A program made the translations under genes and the position numbers. Below, piece by piece: positions 37,327 through 51,039 of a DNA stretch of 64,000 nt. Positions within the stretch are counted from its first letter, which is position 1. Every line of letters starts with the position of its first letter. The notes beneath the pieces are model-generated. The model saw nothing but the letters and a program-made list of their open reading frames with translations. It made no database searches and was not told the DNA's origin. This DNA is from Octopus bimaculoides (lineage: Eukaryota): assembly GCF_001194135.2 (NCBI RefSeq), contig NC_068986.1, positions 6,295,260 through 6,359,259 on the forward strand, written 5' to 3'.

Positions 37327-37334
<8 letters not shown>
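36763..37334 (+). mobile_element. Internally deleted Tc1 element retaining both TIRs and the DNA-binding N-terminus
   Basis: 42-bp TIRs 36763-36804 and 37293-37334 (2 mismatches), TA at left; [38 protein letters not shown]...GRP...[11 protein letters not shown]. Confidence 0.9.
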
Positions 37335-37398
<64 letters not shown>

Positions 37399-37931
37399 NN
37401 NNNNNNNNNNNNNNNNNNNNNNNNNNNNNNNNNNNNNNNNNNNNNNNNNNNNNNNNNNNNNNNNNNNNNNNNNNNNNNNNNNNNNNNNNNNNNNNNNNNN
37501 NNNNNNNNNNNNNNNNNNNNNNNNNNNNNNNNNNNNNNNNNNNNNNNNNNNTATATATATATATATATATGCACATATAATAACAATGATAATAATCCTT
37601 AGATGGAATTTATAAACACTTACTGCATCATTATGCGTATTTCCACATATCACATGTTTCTTAAGATCACAGTCCATATTCCTGGGATAAATTCCATCCA
37701 AGTATTATTGTTATTATTATTATTACTATATTGGTCCTACATTATATTGCTACAGCTCCATGCAACCTCCAAAAACTGGTTCACCAGTCAGCATCGTTAG
37801 GTTGTGGCCAGCATAATGGAATAGAAGCTTTATTTGCATTTTCAAAATGTTTTCCATAAACAAATTTAGAAGATATATGTACACACACACACACACATAA
37901 CTATACATACATACACACACATACATATATG

Positions 37932-37995
<64 letters not shown>

Positions 37996-38510
37996 TCATC
38001 ATCATCATTTACCATTCAATTTCCATACTGGCATAGTTTGGACAGTTTAACAGAAGATGGCAAGTGAGAAGACTGCACGAAGCTCTATTTTCTGTTTTGG
38101 CATGGTTTCTATGGCTGGATGCTCTCCCTAATGTCAACCACTTTGCAGAGTTTACTGGATGCTTTTTAGAGGCACCAGCACCAGCGAGATCACCAAGTAA
38201 CTTGCAAGATAAGGGCCCCTCAATTGAGGGTTTTTTCCTGTCTTCGTATCTTTGCTTAATCTATCACATATTTTCAAACGTTTTCCATCAACATCTTCCA
38301 TCAGCCTACGGTAGAATACACATTCCCAAAATGCTACATAGTGGGTTTGAATCCAGAACAATATCGTTTTGGTTCAAATGTTAGTGTCTATTGATGAGAC
38401 TTTATGTACTGAATAAGAACTGGTCATATTTGCCTTATTTTTAGCTCTCAGAAGGCTGGGTACTTAGAAGACAGAAGTTATATACAGTACCACAAGAAGT
38501 TACTCTAGAG

Positions 38511-38823
38511 CAGTGATTCTCAACAGGGTTTCATATCGCCCCTGTGGGTCCATATAAGATTTTTGAGGGTCAACGCAACAAAATAATAAATTGGAGATCT
38601 ACAATAGTACTTGACGGGCCCCTGAAAAACTTTTGATGTATATATTGTATGTATTGCAAAAACAGCTAGGTTTATTTCTTTACATAGTTCGACCATCACA
38701 AGTTAATATGTAAAAAAGCAAAATAGGAATTTTAAACGAAGTATCTATAAAACTAGTTTTTAAACACCAAATGGCTGTAGTATTCAAAGGGTTCCATAGA
38801 TAAAAAATGGTTGAGAAACCCTG
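38511..38823. mobile_element. hAT (Charlie-type) MITE, 313 bp
   Basis: TIRs cagtgattctcaac / gttgagaaaccctg; 8-bp TSD ctctagag (38503-38510) / ctttagag (38824-38831). Confidence 0.9.
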
Positions 38824-39565
38824 CTTTAGAGCAAACTATTCTCTCCTCTGTTATACACCATTTTCCATCACATATCACACAGGTAGATTAATTTGATAAG
38901 TTATATGTGCTTTCTTGTTACAGGCTTTAATAAATTTGAATATTTATAATATAATTAGGCTTAATGTGTGGTGGTTTCTTTTTTCTTCTTTTATCAAAGA
39001 GAAAAGAATGTGCTTATGACCCTCAAACAAGCCCATAAAAAGGTAGGGAGACAGTAAAAGATACCCTTAAACAGGAGATCTGGCTTGAATGCTCACAAAA
39101 GAGACGAATCTGCTACAGTAACCAAAGTTGCTAGTTGATAGTCTTAAATTTAGAGACAGATTCATCTACCACCCAAGCAGAACATAGCAGGATTTGAATT
39201 CAGAATGCAAAAGCCTGAAACTTATACTGTAGGACATTCAGTCTGATGTTCTTATCGTTCCACCAATCCATCACCAGAGTTTTTATTGACCCAAGAGGTC
39301 AATAAGAGGCAAAATTGATGTGGGTGGCATTTGAACTTTGATTGTAAGGCATCCAATGCTCTAAAAATAACTCTGCATATTTGTCAACTTGCAAGTTAAA
39401 GATAATTATCTTTCATTTCTTACTTGTTTCAGTCATTAAACTGAAGTCATGCTGGAGCACAGCCTTCAAGAATTTTAATCAAACTTACCATCCATAGCAC
39501 TTATTACATTTTTGTAAAGCCTGCTATTTATTCTATCGGACTCTTCTGCTGAACCACTAGGTTAC

Positions 39566-39894
39566 ATCATCATCATCATCATCATCGTTTAACGTCCGCT
39601 TTCCATGCTAGCATGGGTTGGACGATTTGACTGAGGACTGGTGAAACCGGATGGCAACACCAGGCTCCAATCTAATCTTGCAGGGTTTCTACAGCTGGAT
39701 GCCCTTCCTAACGCCAACCACTCAGAGAGTGTAGTGGGTGCTTTTACGTGTCACCCGCACGAAAACGGCCACGCTCGAAATGGTGTCTTTTATGTGCCAC
39801 CCGCACAAGCCAGTCCAGGGGCACTGGCAACGATCTCGCTCGAAAATCCTACAGGAGCCAGTCAGGCGGTACTGGCAACGGCCACGCTCAAAAT
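39566..39894 (-). mobile_element. RTE-clade LINE 3' UTR (family B), runs into a gap
   Basis: Near-identical to 25608 and 58978 copies. Confidence 0.85.
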
Positions 39895-40598
39895 NNNNNN
39901 NNNNNNNNNNNNNNNNNNNNNNNNNNNNNNNNNNNNNNNNNNNNNNNNNNNNNNNNNNNNNNNNNNNNNNNNNNNNNNNNNNNNNNNNNNNNNNNNNNNN
40001 NNNNNNNNNNNNNNNNNNNNNNNNNNNNNNNNNNNNNNNNNNNNNNNNNNNNNNNNNNNNNNNNNNNNNNNNNNNNNNNNNNNNNNNNNNNNNNNNNNNN
40101 NNNNNNNNNNNNNNNNNNNNNNNNNNNNNNNNNNNNNNNNNNNNNNNNNNNNNNNNNNNNNNNNNNNNNNNNNNNNNNNNNNNNNNNNNNNNNNNNNNNN
40201 NNNNNNNNNNNNNNNNNNNNNNNNNNNNNNNNNNNNNNNNNNNNNNNNNNNNNNNNNNNNNNNNNNNNNNNNNNNNNNNNNNNNNNNNNNNNNNNNNNNN
40301 NNNNNNNNNNNNNNNNNNNNNNNNNNNNNNNNNNNNNNNNNNNNNNNNNNNNNNNNNNNNNNNNNNNNNNNNNNNNNNNNNNNNNNNNNNNNNNNNNNNN
40401 NNNNNNNNNNNNNNNNNNNNNNNNNNNNNNNNNNNNNNNNNNNNNNNNNNNNNNNNNNNNNNNNNNNNNNNNNNNNNNNNNNNNNNNNNNNNNNNNNNNN
40501 NNNNNNNNNNNNNNNNNNNNNNNNNNNNNNNNNNNNNNNNNNNNNNNNNNNNNNNNNNNNNNNNNNNNCATTGATGACATCCTGTACCCATATATGCA

Positions 40599-40651
<53 letters not shown>

Positions 40652-40724
40652 TGTACATGCATATATATTATATATTATATATGTGTGTGTGTGTGTGTAT
40701 GTATGTATATGCATACACATATTT

Positions 40725-40782
<58 letters not shown>

Positions 40783-40789
40783 TATATAT

Positions 40790-40945
40790 ATATGATGGCA
40801 TTCTTTCAGTTTCTGTCTACCAAAATACACTCACAAGGCTTTAATCAGCCTGAGTAGAAGACACTTTCCCAAGGTGCCATGCACTGGGACTGAACCCAGA
40901 ACTATGTATTTGGGAAGCAAACTTCTTACCACATAGCCATGACTA
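40790..40945 (-). mobile_element. SINE family A, 5' half
   Basis: Family A head sequence. Confidence 0.75.
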
Positions 40946-41321
40946 CAACTTTGTTATAAAAAGATAACGAGAGATTGTTGCAGTGTTATATAGGAATAGC
41001 ATTGCTAAAATCTTAATTGATATACAGAACTAATTATTAGAGGTAAATTTTCTCTACTCTTCTAAACTAAATTTCAATAGCTGTTAGCTACATATTTATT
41101 TTCATTATTGTAGTTGTTGCTTGTGAAGTTTATTGACAAATAGAAATAATAACAGAGATTGAGATCAAAGCATAGAGTTCATAAAAATTACTGCAGAATT
41201 TTCAATAATGTCTTATGTGATGCATGTATCAATTACCTGTCTTTATTTTTTTTTTTTATTAATATGTGGACTGTCATTGGTTTCTTTTGGAGGCTTTGTT
41301 ACAAACACATGCATTTATACA

Positions 41322-41612
41322 CATTTATACACAGCTTTTTAATATTCTCCCAAAGAGCCTGAGGAATCTGCACAAAGTAGATGTAGGAGATTTTAAATCA
41401 AAGCTGGACCTCTTCCTATCGAGAGTCCCAGATGAACCTACCTCGCGACAGGAGGTGCAAATGAGGGTTGCTAAATCAAACTCCATTCTTCACCAAGTGC
41501 CACATATTGTAAGAGGGTCCCTGCAATAACAGTGTAGCAACATGGTGGTGCATCAGCATGGCCGCAGCTCTAAGCTGAAACTTAAAAATAAAAAAATAAA
41601 AAATAAAAATAT
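41322..41612 (+). mobile_element. CR1-like LINE 3' end (ORF2 C-terminus, 3' UTR, A-rich tail)
   Basis: LFNILPKSLRNLHKVDVGDFKSKLDLFLSRVPDEP...RVAKSNSILHQ; the tail ggtggtgcatcagcatggccgcagc..gctgaaac matches the SINE A tail. Confidence 0.75.
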
Positions 41613-41859
41613 ATATACAATACATAAGTATNNNNNNNNNNNNNNNNNNNNNNNNNNNNNNNNNNNNNNNNNNNNNNNNNNNNNNNNNNNNNNNNNNNNN
41701 NNNNNNNNNNNNNNNNNNNNNNNNNNNNNNNNNNNNNNNNNNNNNNNNNNNNNNNNNNNNNNNNNNNNNNNNNNNNNNNNNNNNNNNNNNNNNNNNNNNN
41801 NNTATATATACAGGGTGCAGTGAATATATTGTTGTCTAAGTTATATATTTATATATATA

Positions 41860-42225
41860 CAGGGTGCGGTGAATATATTGTCGTCTAGGTTACGCAAAAA
41901 TGAAAATAACACTGACATCTCATTTTAACAGATATATTTACCAAAATTACATGAACATATCTTGAAATACTAAAACATTAATTTATTCAATAAAATCGCC
42001 ATTGGCTTCAACCACAGCCTCCAGACGACTTCAGAATCTCCTGCAACTCTTCTAGACAGTCTCTTTGTTTAAGCTGGTGAATGCTGCCATAATCCTTGCC
42101 TTCATTTCATCTTTGGTGTTACAAGGAGTTTCGTTGGTTTCTCGCTCAACTGCCCTCCACACATTATAATCAAGGGAGTTGCAGTCTAGGGAGTTAGGTG
42201 GCCAGATATTAAGGGCAGTGGGAAG
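41860..42225 (-). mobile_element. Tc1/mariner-superfamily (maT-like, D-terminated triad) transposase C-terminus with TIR
   Basis: IWPPNSLDCNSLDYNVWRAVERETN...SRLEAVVEANGDFIE*; terminus TA-cagggtgcggtg. Confidence 0.8.
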
Positions 42226-42849
42226 ATGAATGGATGTATAACGTTGCCATCACAAGTGATCACACCATATTTTCTGGCAAGTTCTGTTGTTAGACTTACA
42301 AAGTTCCTAATGATGTGTGTTACCTTTCTCTTTGAAGATGGAACTAGTAACTTCTTTTATCTTTTATTAAGGATATTCCTTGATCCTTCAATGCTGGAAC
42401 TGTGAACTACTATATCTTTTACTAAGGATTTCCTTAATTCTCTGAACATAAAGGTGCTAACTACTATTATCTTTCACTTAGTATGTTCTTTAATTCTTTG
42501 ATGTACTGGTAATTACTAATATCCCTTATTCCTTAATTTTTTTCTCTCTAATGGCCGGTATAGTTGGCTTACATGGAAATCTTTGCTCAATGATTCTAGA
42601 AACAACTGTAGAAACTTTACGTATTATTTTTCAATCCCTTATTTACTCTAACAGCTCTGCAATTATGTTTGAATTATAAATTACACACTCTAAGGTGATA
42701 CTGCATGTTTTACTTGTTCATCTCTCTTTCTAATATATATCTACCAGCTCAATGATGAACCGCTTATAGCCATCTTTGATAAGCAGCTTCAACAACACCT
42801 TTGTTTCAGCTTTTATCTTTTATGATTAACTTTTCATACAGAAACTTCA

Positions 42850-43046
42850 TTCCCTTCTTAACACTACAAGAACTGGAGACTGTTTTAGCTGAAGAATGGA
42901 CAAAAATTCCCTTCGAAACAATTCAAACTTTGTCCATACCTCATAGAATTCAAGCTGTAATTACTGCCAAAGGTGGTCCTACTCCATATTAAAATAAATT
43001 TGCTTGAAATATTAAGGTGTTTCCATTATTTTGTCCAACCCCTGTA
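42850..43046 (+). mobile_element. Tc1 transposase C-terminus with right TIR
   Basis: LQELETVLAEEWTKIPFETIQTL-SIPHRIQAVITAKGGPTPY*; ends ttttgtccaacccctg-TA. Confidence 0.85.
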
Positions 43047-43080
43047 TGTATATATATATATATATATATANNNNNNNNNN

Positions 43081-43121
<41 letters not shown>

Positions 43122-43317
43122 ACATGTATGTATGTATGTATATACATGTATATATCATCATCATCATCATTTAATATCCGTTTTCTGAGCTGGCATGGGT
43201 TGGTTGGTTTGACAGGAGCTGACCAGCTGAAGGGTTGTTCAAATTTCATGTCTGTTTTGGCATGATTTCTACAGCTGGATGCCCTTCCTAACACCAACCA
43301 CCTTACAGAGGATAATG

Positions 43318-43350
<33 letters not shown>

Positions 43351-43826
43351 TTATATAGCAGCATGAAAATGGAGGGGATTAATCGGTGATATTCATCAAC
43401 TTGCAGACATTGTATTATGTCAATTTACTTGTTTATTTGTTTACTTAAAGGACTATATATCATTTTTATAATTACTAATATGACAGTAATTATAAGTAAC
43501 CAGTGTGCCTACAGCTATGACAGAAGATACTTGCCCAATCTGCCCTGCTTGTGGCTGGGAAGCAAACTTCTTACCACATAGCCATATATGTAATGGTGTT
43601 TCCTTGTTTTGACATTGCTTGAATATTGTAAATGAGTGTCACTTTCACACACCAGTATTCTTTATTTCCATTCTTGAGTGAAAACATGTCTAACCATGAG
43701 GAAATATTACTCTATTTGGAAACAGGTGAGGTTAAGTAACAAGGAGGACATTGAGCTGTAAAAAATCTGTTGCAACAAATCCTGTCTGACTCATGCAAGC
43801 ATGGAAAAGTGGATGTTAAAACAAGG

Positions 43827-43867
<41 letters not shown>

Positions 43868-44852
43868 CATCATGAATTAACATCATTTCCCTGCTGGCAT
43901 GAGTTAGATGGTTTTACTGGAACTGCTAAGCCAGAGAGCTGTACCAGGTTCCAGTCTGACTTGGCTTGGTTTCTATGGCTGGATGCCCTTCTTAATGCCA
44001 ACCACTCCAAGAGTGTAATAGGTTCCTTTTATGTGTCACCGACACTGGCCACAACTATGATTGTACTTGGCTTGATGAGTCTTCTCAAGTACAAGAGATA
44101 TGTAGAAAGACCAGGACAACTAACCAGTGTGCCTTTTTCTGAGATAGAGATGATCTGCAGAACATTTCTTTGCTACTTCTAGCAATGCAAACAACTACAT
44201 AGAGGCTTCTTAACTGGCTTGAAAAAACCATAAGGTTGCATGGAGTTGTAAGCTCAGGGTACTGAAGCAAAATGTGTTGGACATTGTAATAAAGTAAAAA
44301 ACAAAAAAAAGTAACTTTAGCATAGTTCACTGTTGGAGGTGATGTGATATATCAATGAGCGAATTAAATAAAGAGCTGGTAAATTGTGGAGTGGTGTACA
44401 AACTGGATAATAAATAGAATTGTCATGAAGGTTGGCACCCTGCCAATTTTTAACCTGTTGCAAATGACTCACAGACTATTTATTCCCTATTGGAATGGCA
44501 CTTGGTTTGTATTTGGTGATTGGTCCACATGACAACCTGGAAATATTTAAGAGATACATTTAGTGTTTCTTCTCTCTCTCTCACACACACACATGCATAT
44601 ATGTATATGTTTGTGTATATATATATATGTGTGTATATATAAATACATATACACATACATATATACACACACACATGCATACACACACACACTCACACAT
44701 ATACATAAGAGGTATTGGTATCTAGAAGACCCAAAGAGTGGCAGGTAATGTTAAGTAAGTGCTATGGACAGACTGTAATTAAACCTTTGGTTCGATAGTG
44801 ATATGAGTGAGGAGTCTCATGTGGGTCTTGTATTAGCATGCATATATATATG

Positions 44853-45579
44853 TTAGACAAAATGAAATAACAAGGCTAAGGCTGTGAGGAGTTTTCAGGA
44901 CATTTATAAAGAAAAAGATATAGATATAGTTTTACAGCTGTTTCTGGGATATTATGCATATCCCTTCATCAGAGACGATGTGAGATGGTTAAATAGAGGA
45001 AGATATTTGAGTTTGAAATAAGGAATTATTATGGAAAAGGAGGAGATAGAGAATATAGAGGGAAATACGAGAATGAAAGTAGAAATAAAATATAAAATAT
45101 AAACACATCTCTCACCCCATCTATCCATAAATATTACCAATACATTCTTAAAATTTCATTCACACCACAAGACCCCTTCGAATGAACAACACCTGAATCC
45201 ATGACTCCATACTTTGAAATGACTAAACATGAACTACTATTGGAGCTTACACACCATGTACAGGAACTTTTTCTACCACTTCTATACACCACTTTCCTCG
45301 GATAATGGAACTGCAACTACAATATCTTTATATATTTTATATTTTATTTCTACTTTCATTCTCGTATTTCCCTCTATATTCCCTATCTCCTCCTTTTCCA
45401 CAATAATTCCTTATTTCAAACTCAAATATCTACCTCTATTTAGCCATCTCACATCGTCTCTGATAAAGAGATAACCATAATATCCCAGAAACAGCTGTAA
45501 AACTATATCTATATCTTTTTCCTTATAAATGTCCTGAAAACTCCTCACAGCCTTAGCTTTGTTTTCTCATTTTGTCTAA
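44853..45579. mobile_element. Penelope-type pLTR pair in inverted orientation (arms 44853-45101 and 45331-45579)
   Basis: ~250-bp arms are reverse complements; both carry a hammerhead motif; a third copy at 51040-51445. Confidence 0.85.
44929..44976 (-). ncRNA. Minimal hammerhead ribozyme motif (family ii)
   Basis: GUCU-CUGAUGA-A-GGGAUAU(gcata)AUAUCCC-A-GAAAC-AGCU-GUA-AAAC; the 51100-51155 copy has GUA-AGAC, restoring stem I. Confidence 0.7.
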
Positions 45580-45879
45580 TACACACACACACACACACAC
45601 ACATAGATTATACACACACATAGGTTATACACACATACACACACATATGCATATATCATCATCATCATCATTTATGTCCACTCTCCATGGGCTGGAGCGG
45701 TTTGCTAACCTAGATGGGCTGAGGGGACCTCATCTCATTCATATATAACTTTTGTCATGATTTCTACAGCTGAATATCTTTCCTAACAATATCCATTTTA
45801 CAAAGTGTACTGACCTCCATTTTGTAGCACCAGCACTAGTGAATTTCTTTATCCCCACAGCCTCACATTTTACTAAGTG

Positions 45880-46760
45880 TACTGGGTGTGATTTTGTTAG
45901 GTCTGTCACCCTCAGTAATTTATCTTGTAGAAATTCTCAATTGTCCTCTTCTACCTTGTCATATATGCTGATGAATACATCTCTATGTTGCAGGTTGTTT
46001 GCTTTTTCAGTTAAATGCCCTTCTGCCCTAGGTTATCTTTTGTCTTTGTGTCTGGCACTAATCACTAATCACTAGTCTATACTGGGTAGTGAACTCTTCA
46101 GTGGGATGAACTTAACATTCACAACAAAGTGTCTGTCACTTTTTCTGGTGGGAATAGAGTCTAGCTTTTGTGTTCAACCAGTTGGTCAGTGATTAGTTGG
46201 TTAACTAATTTCTTACAGTTGGTGTGGTAGATAGTGAGGTCATTTGCATTACAGAACTCCCCGATCAGTCCTAACTTTATGTACCTTAGCTGTAAACTCT
46301 GATGCCAGCAAAGCTCTCATATTGTTGTCCAATATATCAATTAAAATCACCAGTCACAACAATAAATTCAAAGTTACAGTTATTTATTTTGGAGGATGTC
46401 TGCAGAAGAGTCTCATCAAAATAGTCTTTCTGTGTATCTTCCAGAGCTGACTGTGGTGCATAAGCAGAAAATAAATGGCCACTGTCATGTTGTTGAAGAT
46501 TGGCTAGAGCTTATTCATCATATTGCACATCCTATTGCACACTTTATTATATACCTTGATTGTTTTAATTACCATATATATTAATTTCTCTGCTAGTTAT
46601 ATGCTCATGCCACCCACTCCATCTTTGGTACCTATTCAGATTGATTTATATCTTTGTTCCTTGCCTGTGAGGAGTCAGGCTAAGGATCCTTACCATCTTA
46701 CTTTCTGCACACAGCACACTGCCTCTCACCTCCCTTTCAGTATCTCCTCAGTCTCATGAA
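45880..46760 (-). mobile_element. Degenerate RTE-clade apurinic-type endonuclease region
   Basis: QKDYFDETLLQ...FIVVTGDFN...GEFCNANDLTIYHTN...EEFTTQYRLVISD, with frameshifts and stops. Confidence 0.7.
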
Positions 46761-46873
46761 TCCTACTTTCTATTGTACTGACATTAATGGTATCTCAAAG
46801 ATGGTTACCTGACAGGAAATGGGGTTGGGATTCTCATATATATACACACACATGCACACATAAGCATTCATGG

Positions 46874-46906
<33 letters not shown>

Positions 46907-47374
46907 TGCATGCACACACATACATGCATGCACACACATGCACATTTTCCATCTACATAATTCCACTCCCAAAGTAGAGATCCTAGTTAGCTTTTTAAAG
47001 CTTATGGCACTAAATATGGTAAGTAATTTTTTTAAATCAATATGTTAATTTTTCACACCTAGCCATGTATGTATGATATTGTACATCTATCTATTGATTC
47101 TCTCTTCGCTATTAATAAATTAACTGTTTAATGTTGAATGCAGTAAATGTGTAACATTAACTGAACAGCTAAATAAACAGAAAAAAAAACAAAAAAAAAA
47201 AAGCAGTGTAATATTCACAGATATTTTTCATTGCTGAACATTATGTTGTAGATGATATCTTTGAAAATCTATGAATTGCACCAAATCGTTGGTTGATTTC
47301 ATCTTATCAGTACAAACTATGTTCCTACAAGATGTATTAAGACATCACTAATGATGGCCAAATGTTTATTATTT

Positions 47375-47585
47375 CTACTCTAGGCACAAGGCCTGAAATT
47401 TTGGGGTGGTAGAGCAGTCAGTTAGATCAATCTCAGTATGCAACTTGTACTTAAATTTATCGACCCCGAAAGGATGAAAGGCAAAGTCGACTTCTGCGGA
47501 ATTTGAACTCAGAAAGTAAAAACAGACGAAATACCGCCAAGCATTTTGCCCAACGGGCTAACGTTTCTGCCAGCTCTCCGCTTTG
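47375..47585 (-). mobile_element. SINE family C variant
   Basis: cgaccccgaaaggatgaaaggcaaagtcgac body and tRNA-like head. Confidence 0.8.
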
Positions 47586-48079
47586 ATGGCTGAATGTTTA
47601 TTGATTAATCACAGGATTCATACTGAGATCAACATTTTAATTTGCTTATTGATATGACATGTCACTTACTACAATGGTAGCATTCCAAGCTGTTGCTATT
47701 GTTGTAAGAATAGCTGAGGTGTGAAGGGTGTGGGAGGAATTACCCAGGGACCCCCGATGTTTGTAATGCAAATAATAAAGTACATGTTTAGATACTTAAT
47801 GGTGGTGAGTTAAAAAATTTTAATGAACTAAAATTACATCTTTAATGAGACCTTCCCATCTTGTGTGTCAGGGACTACACCGTCCAAGGCTTCCTTCTTT
47901 ATTTAAAACAATAGGATATGATTTGATTTAAAAGGAATTTTGTAACTATTTCCTGTAGATCAAGCACACATGTAGAGTTTCCCGTCCTTAAGGCTCTCTA
48001 TCTATATGGCTTATGGTTATATTGGGTCACTATTTTAGGTGTGGCAGGTAAGATTGATGAAGATTATTATGCTGCTGTT

Positions 48080-48086
48080 AATTGAA

Positions 48087-48123
<37 letters not shown>

Positions 48124-48240
48124 ACGATGATGATAATGCTGATGATGATGTTAAGAATTATGATGACAATGGTGATAAGGACGATGACGATGATGCTGCC
48201 ACTGATGATGGTGATGAGGATGATGATGATGATGACTAAT
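48080..48240 (+). repeat. Degenerate (GAT)n microsatellite
   Basis: Direct reading; explains the poly-D ORF. Confidence 0.9.
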
Positions 48241-48699
48241 GGTAGATAAATTTCTTTTAAGGTTTATTAAACAGTTTTTCCAGTCCAACCATATTTCCAA
48301 GTTACCATAGGAAAGCCACCATATTTTGTCATCATAGCTGCAATGTACCCTCTTAGATTTCAAACACAAATACTCAGTGGTTTAGTCTAATTAATTCATT
48401 ATTTTAACCAATTGTAGCATTGTAGAATTGAGGATTATCTCATAAGCTGACAATACCATTATCAGGCTAACACATCTTAATATTCAATATATGAGGAACA
48501 AAGTAAAGTCACCTGATGACCTAGTGTACACTGGGACTGCCTCTTCTGTCATCACTTTAACTTTAAGATGATGCCAAGGGTAGTACTGAAGCTGGTACAC
48601 CATTTAACACTAAGTTAGCCCTCATTGAGCAGATCCATGATCACAGGCATTCTAACCATGGCCATTGTTTCTGGCTGTGTATATATGAAGATGTATCTG

Positions 48700-49145
48700 C
48701 ACACAAGTGAAGCATGGCTGTGTGGTTAGGCAGTTTACTTTGCACCCACATCACATGGTTTTGGGTTCAGTACCACTCCTGAGTACCTTGGACAAGTGTC
48801 TTCCACTATAGCTCTGGGCTATACTACTATAGCTCTGTGTTTTGAGAGTGAATTTGGTAGATGGATGCTGCACGAAACTTATTGCATATATATATATGTA
48901 CACACATACACACACAAACATACACACACATATGTATGTGTGTGTGCATGTATATGTGTGCATGTGTGTATGTGTGTGTGTGTGTGTGTGTTTATGTCTC
49001 TGTGACTTAGCACTTCAACAAAAGGAACTGATAAAATAAATACCAGACTTTGAAACAAGTCCTGGGGGTGGGGTTGATCTGTTCAATAAAAACACACTTC
49101 AACGCAGTGCTCCAGCATGGCCACAGTCCAATGTTTGAAACTGCA
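48700..49145 (+). mobile_element. Old SINE family A copy
   Basis: Degenerate head, GT tract and gtgctccagcatggccacagtc tail. Confidence 0.65.
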
Positions 49146-50183
49146 TTAAAGTATGCAGTATAGTCAACAACTGTGTTTCTTATATAACTGTCTTGTTGTT
49201 GAAGAAAAAGAAAAGCATATCATGGTTGGAGAGTTGGAGACCATGGCAGAAATTCTGCCTTCTTGTTATTGTTGTTGTTATCATTTAATACTGGTTGAGC
49301 AAATGGATCTATGATGAAAGGCATTCCAATCATGAGCATCCTGTCGTTGTGAATACAATCATTCTTTTTTAATTAGTGTGCTTCAGATTGAGGGACATTT
49401 GGCTGCTATTTCCAGCAGTCTAACTGACCACATAGAAATTCCTTCATTGACAGGCGTTTCTTTGTGCTCACAGACAGGTAGGGTGTTTATTCAATCTATT
49501 GTGATTCAGCAGACGTCTTTGTTGAGAAGAGGTACAGGAACTAATCGAGGAGTTATCTGCGAGAGGCTGAAGTTCAGTCTAAGATGAATGTTTATCTTGC
49601 ATCTAATTAATCTTACAGAAACAAGAATTAAGTGCTGAGTCAATGAATCCCTGGAGTATTTTGCATGAATAGATCAAATTTTAGGTTTGATGTATTTTGC
49701 CTTCACTGTGGGAAGGAATTTTAGGTATGATGATGATGTGTGTGTGCAGTTAACTATGAATGAGACAGAAATATAGTAGCATTAATAATGGTTTCAAATT
49801 TTGGCACAAGGCCAGTAGCTTTCTGAGGGGAGGGGAAAAGTTGATTACATCAACCCCAGTGCTCAACGGGTACTTATTTTATCAACCCTAAAGTCAACCT
49901 TGGTGGAATTTAAACTCAGAATGTAAAGCCGGATGAAATTCTGCCAAGCATTTTGCCAGCTTGATGTTTTTATGGTAGTATTAATAATAATGTCAGTAAT
50001 GTAATGAGAGCTATTGGTCAGCCAGAGAAAAACAAATCTTTTAACGAAATAACATTTATCAGCTTGAATATTTTATCAGTTATCTGATTGATGTTACGGT
50101 TTGATGGGATTCGCTAATTAAAATAAATGTTATTAATTATATCAGAATTGAGAATTAACACAGCAGAAAAGTCAATAATAATG

Positions 50184-50221
<38 letters not shown>

Positions 50222-50907
50222 TATATATATATAAATCTGTACTAATTCAATGTTACATGGTAATTTAATTTTTCATTTAAACGGTGTCTAATTTTTCAGC
50301 ATCATTTTTAGTTTCCTGACCCTGTATCCCACTTATCCCACATTTTTTTAGTTTTTGTTACTATTTTTGATATTTTCACTCTGATTATGAAAATAGCAAT
50401 AATCATTTATAATATCATTTTCATTTACAACCCTGTACACTCATATAGATACAGGAACAAAGAATTTCATGTTATTTTTGAACAACATTCTTATAATGTG
50501 TGAAGTATTGCTAACCTGATATACACTTTCTCCTTAAACACAACTTTCCTTCTTCCTCTCTCTCTTTCTCTCTCTCTCCCTAATTATCCTTCTCTTCTCT
50601 CTCCCTCTCCTTCTTTCTCTCTGTCACACACATACTACATACACACACACAAACACACACACTCACCAAACACACACATCCCACACACAACACACGTGGA
50701 CACACACATACGCACTCACATGCACACACTCACACACACATGCACATACACACATACACACGCACACACACACATACGCACACACATGCACATGAACAGA
50801 ATTTTCTCTATGGCAAACTGCAGTGAAATTGGCCTTTTCAGAGACCAGATACGTCATAAACATATTGGAAGTGATTTAAAAGCACATATATATATATATA
50901 TACACAT

Positions 50908-50958
<51 letters not shown>

Positions 50959-50975
50959 NNNNNNNNNNNNNNNNN

Positions 50976-51029
<54 letters not shown>

Positions 51030-51039
51030 TAAACAAAAC

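Noticed and set aside
42230-42780. Possible Penelope N-terminal or GIY-YIG relic on the minus strand
   Set aside because: No diagnostic motif recovered.
44710-44744. Apparent exon RYWYLEDPKSG with donor CAG|GTAATG
   Set aside because: Homologous to the Penelope-type repeat at 51395-51440.
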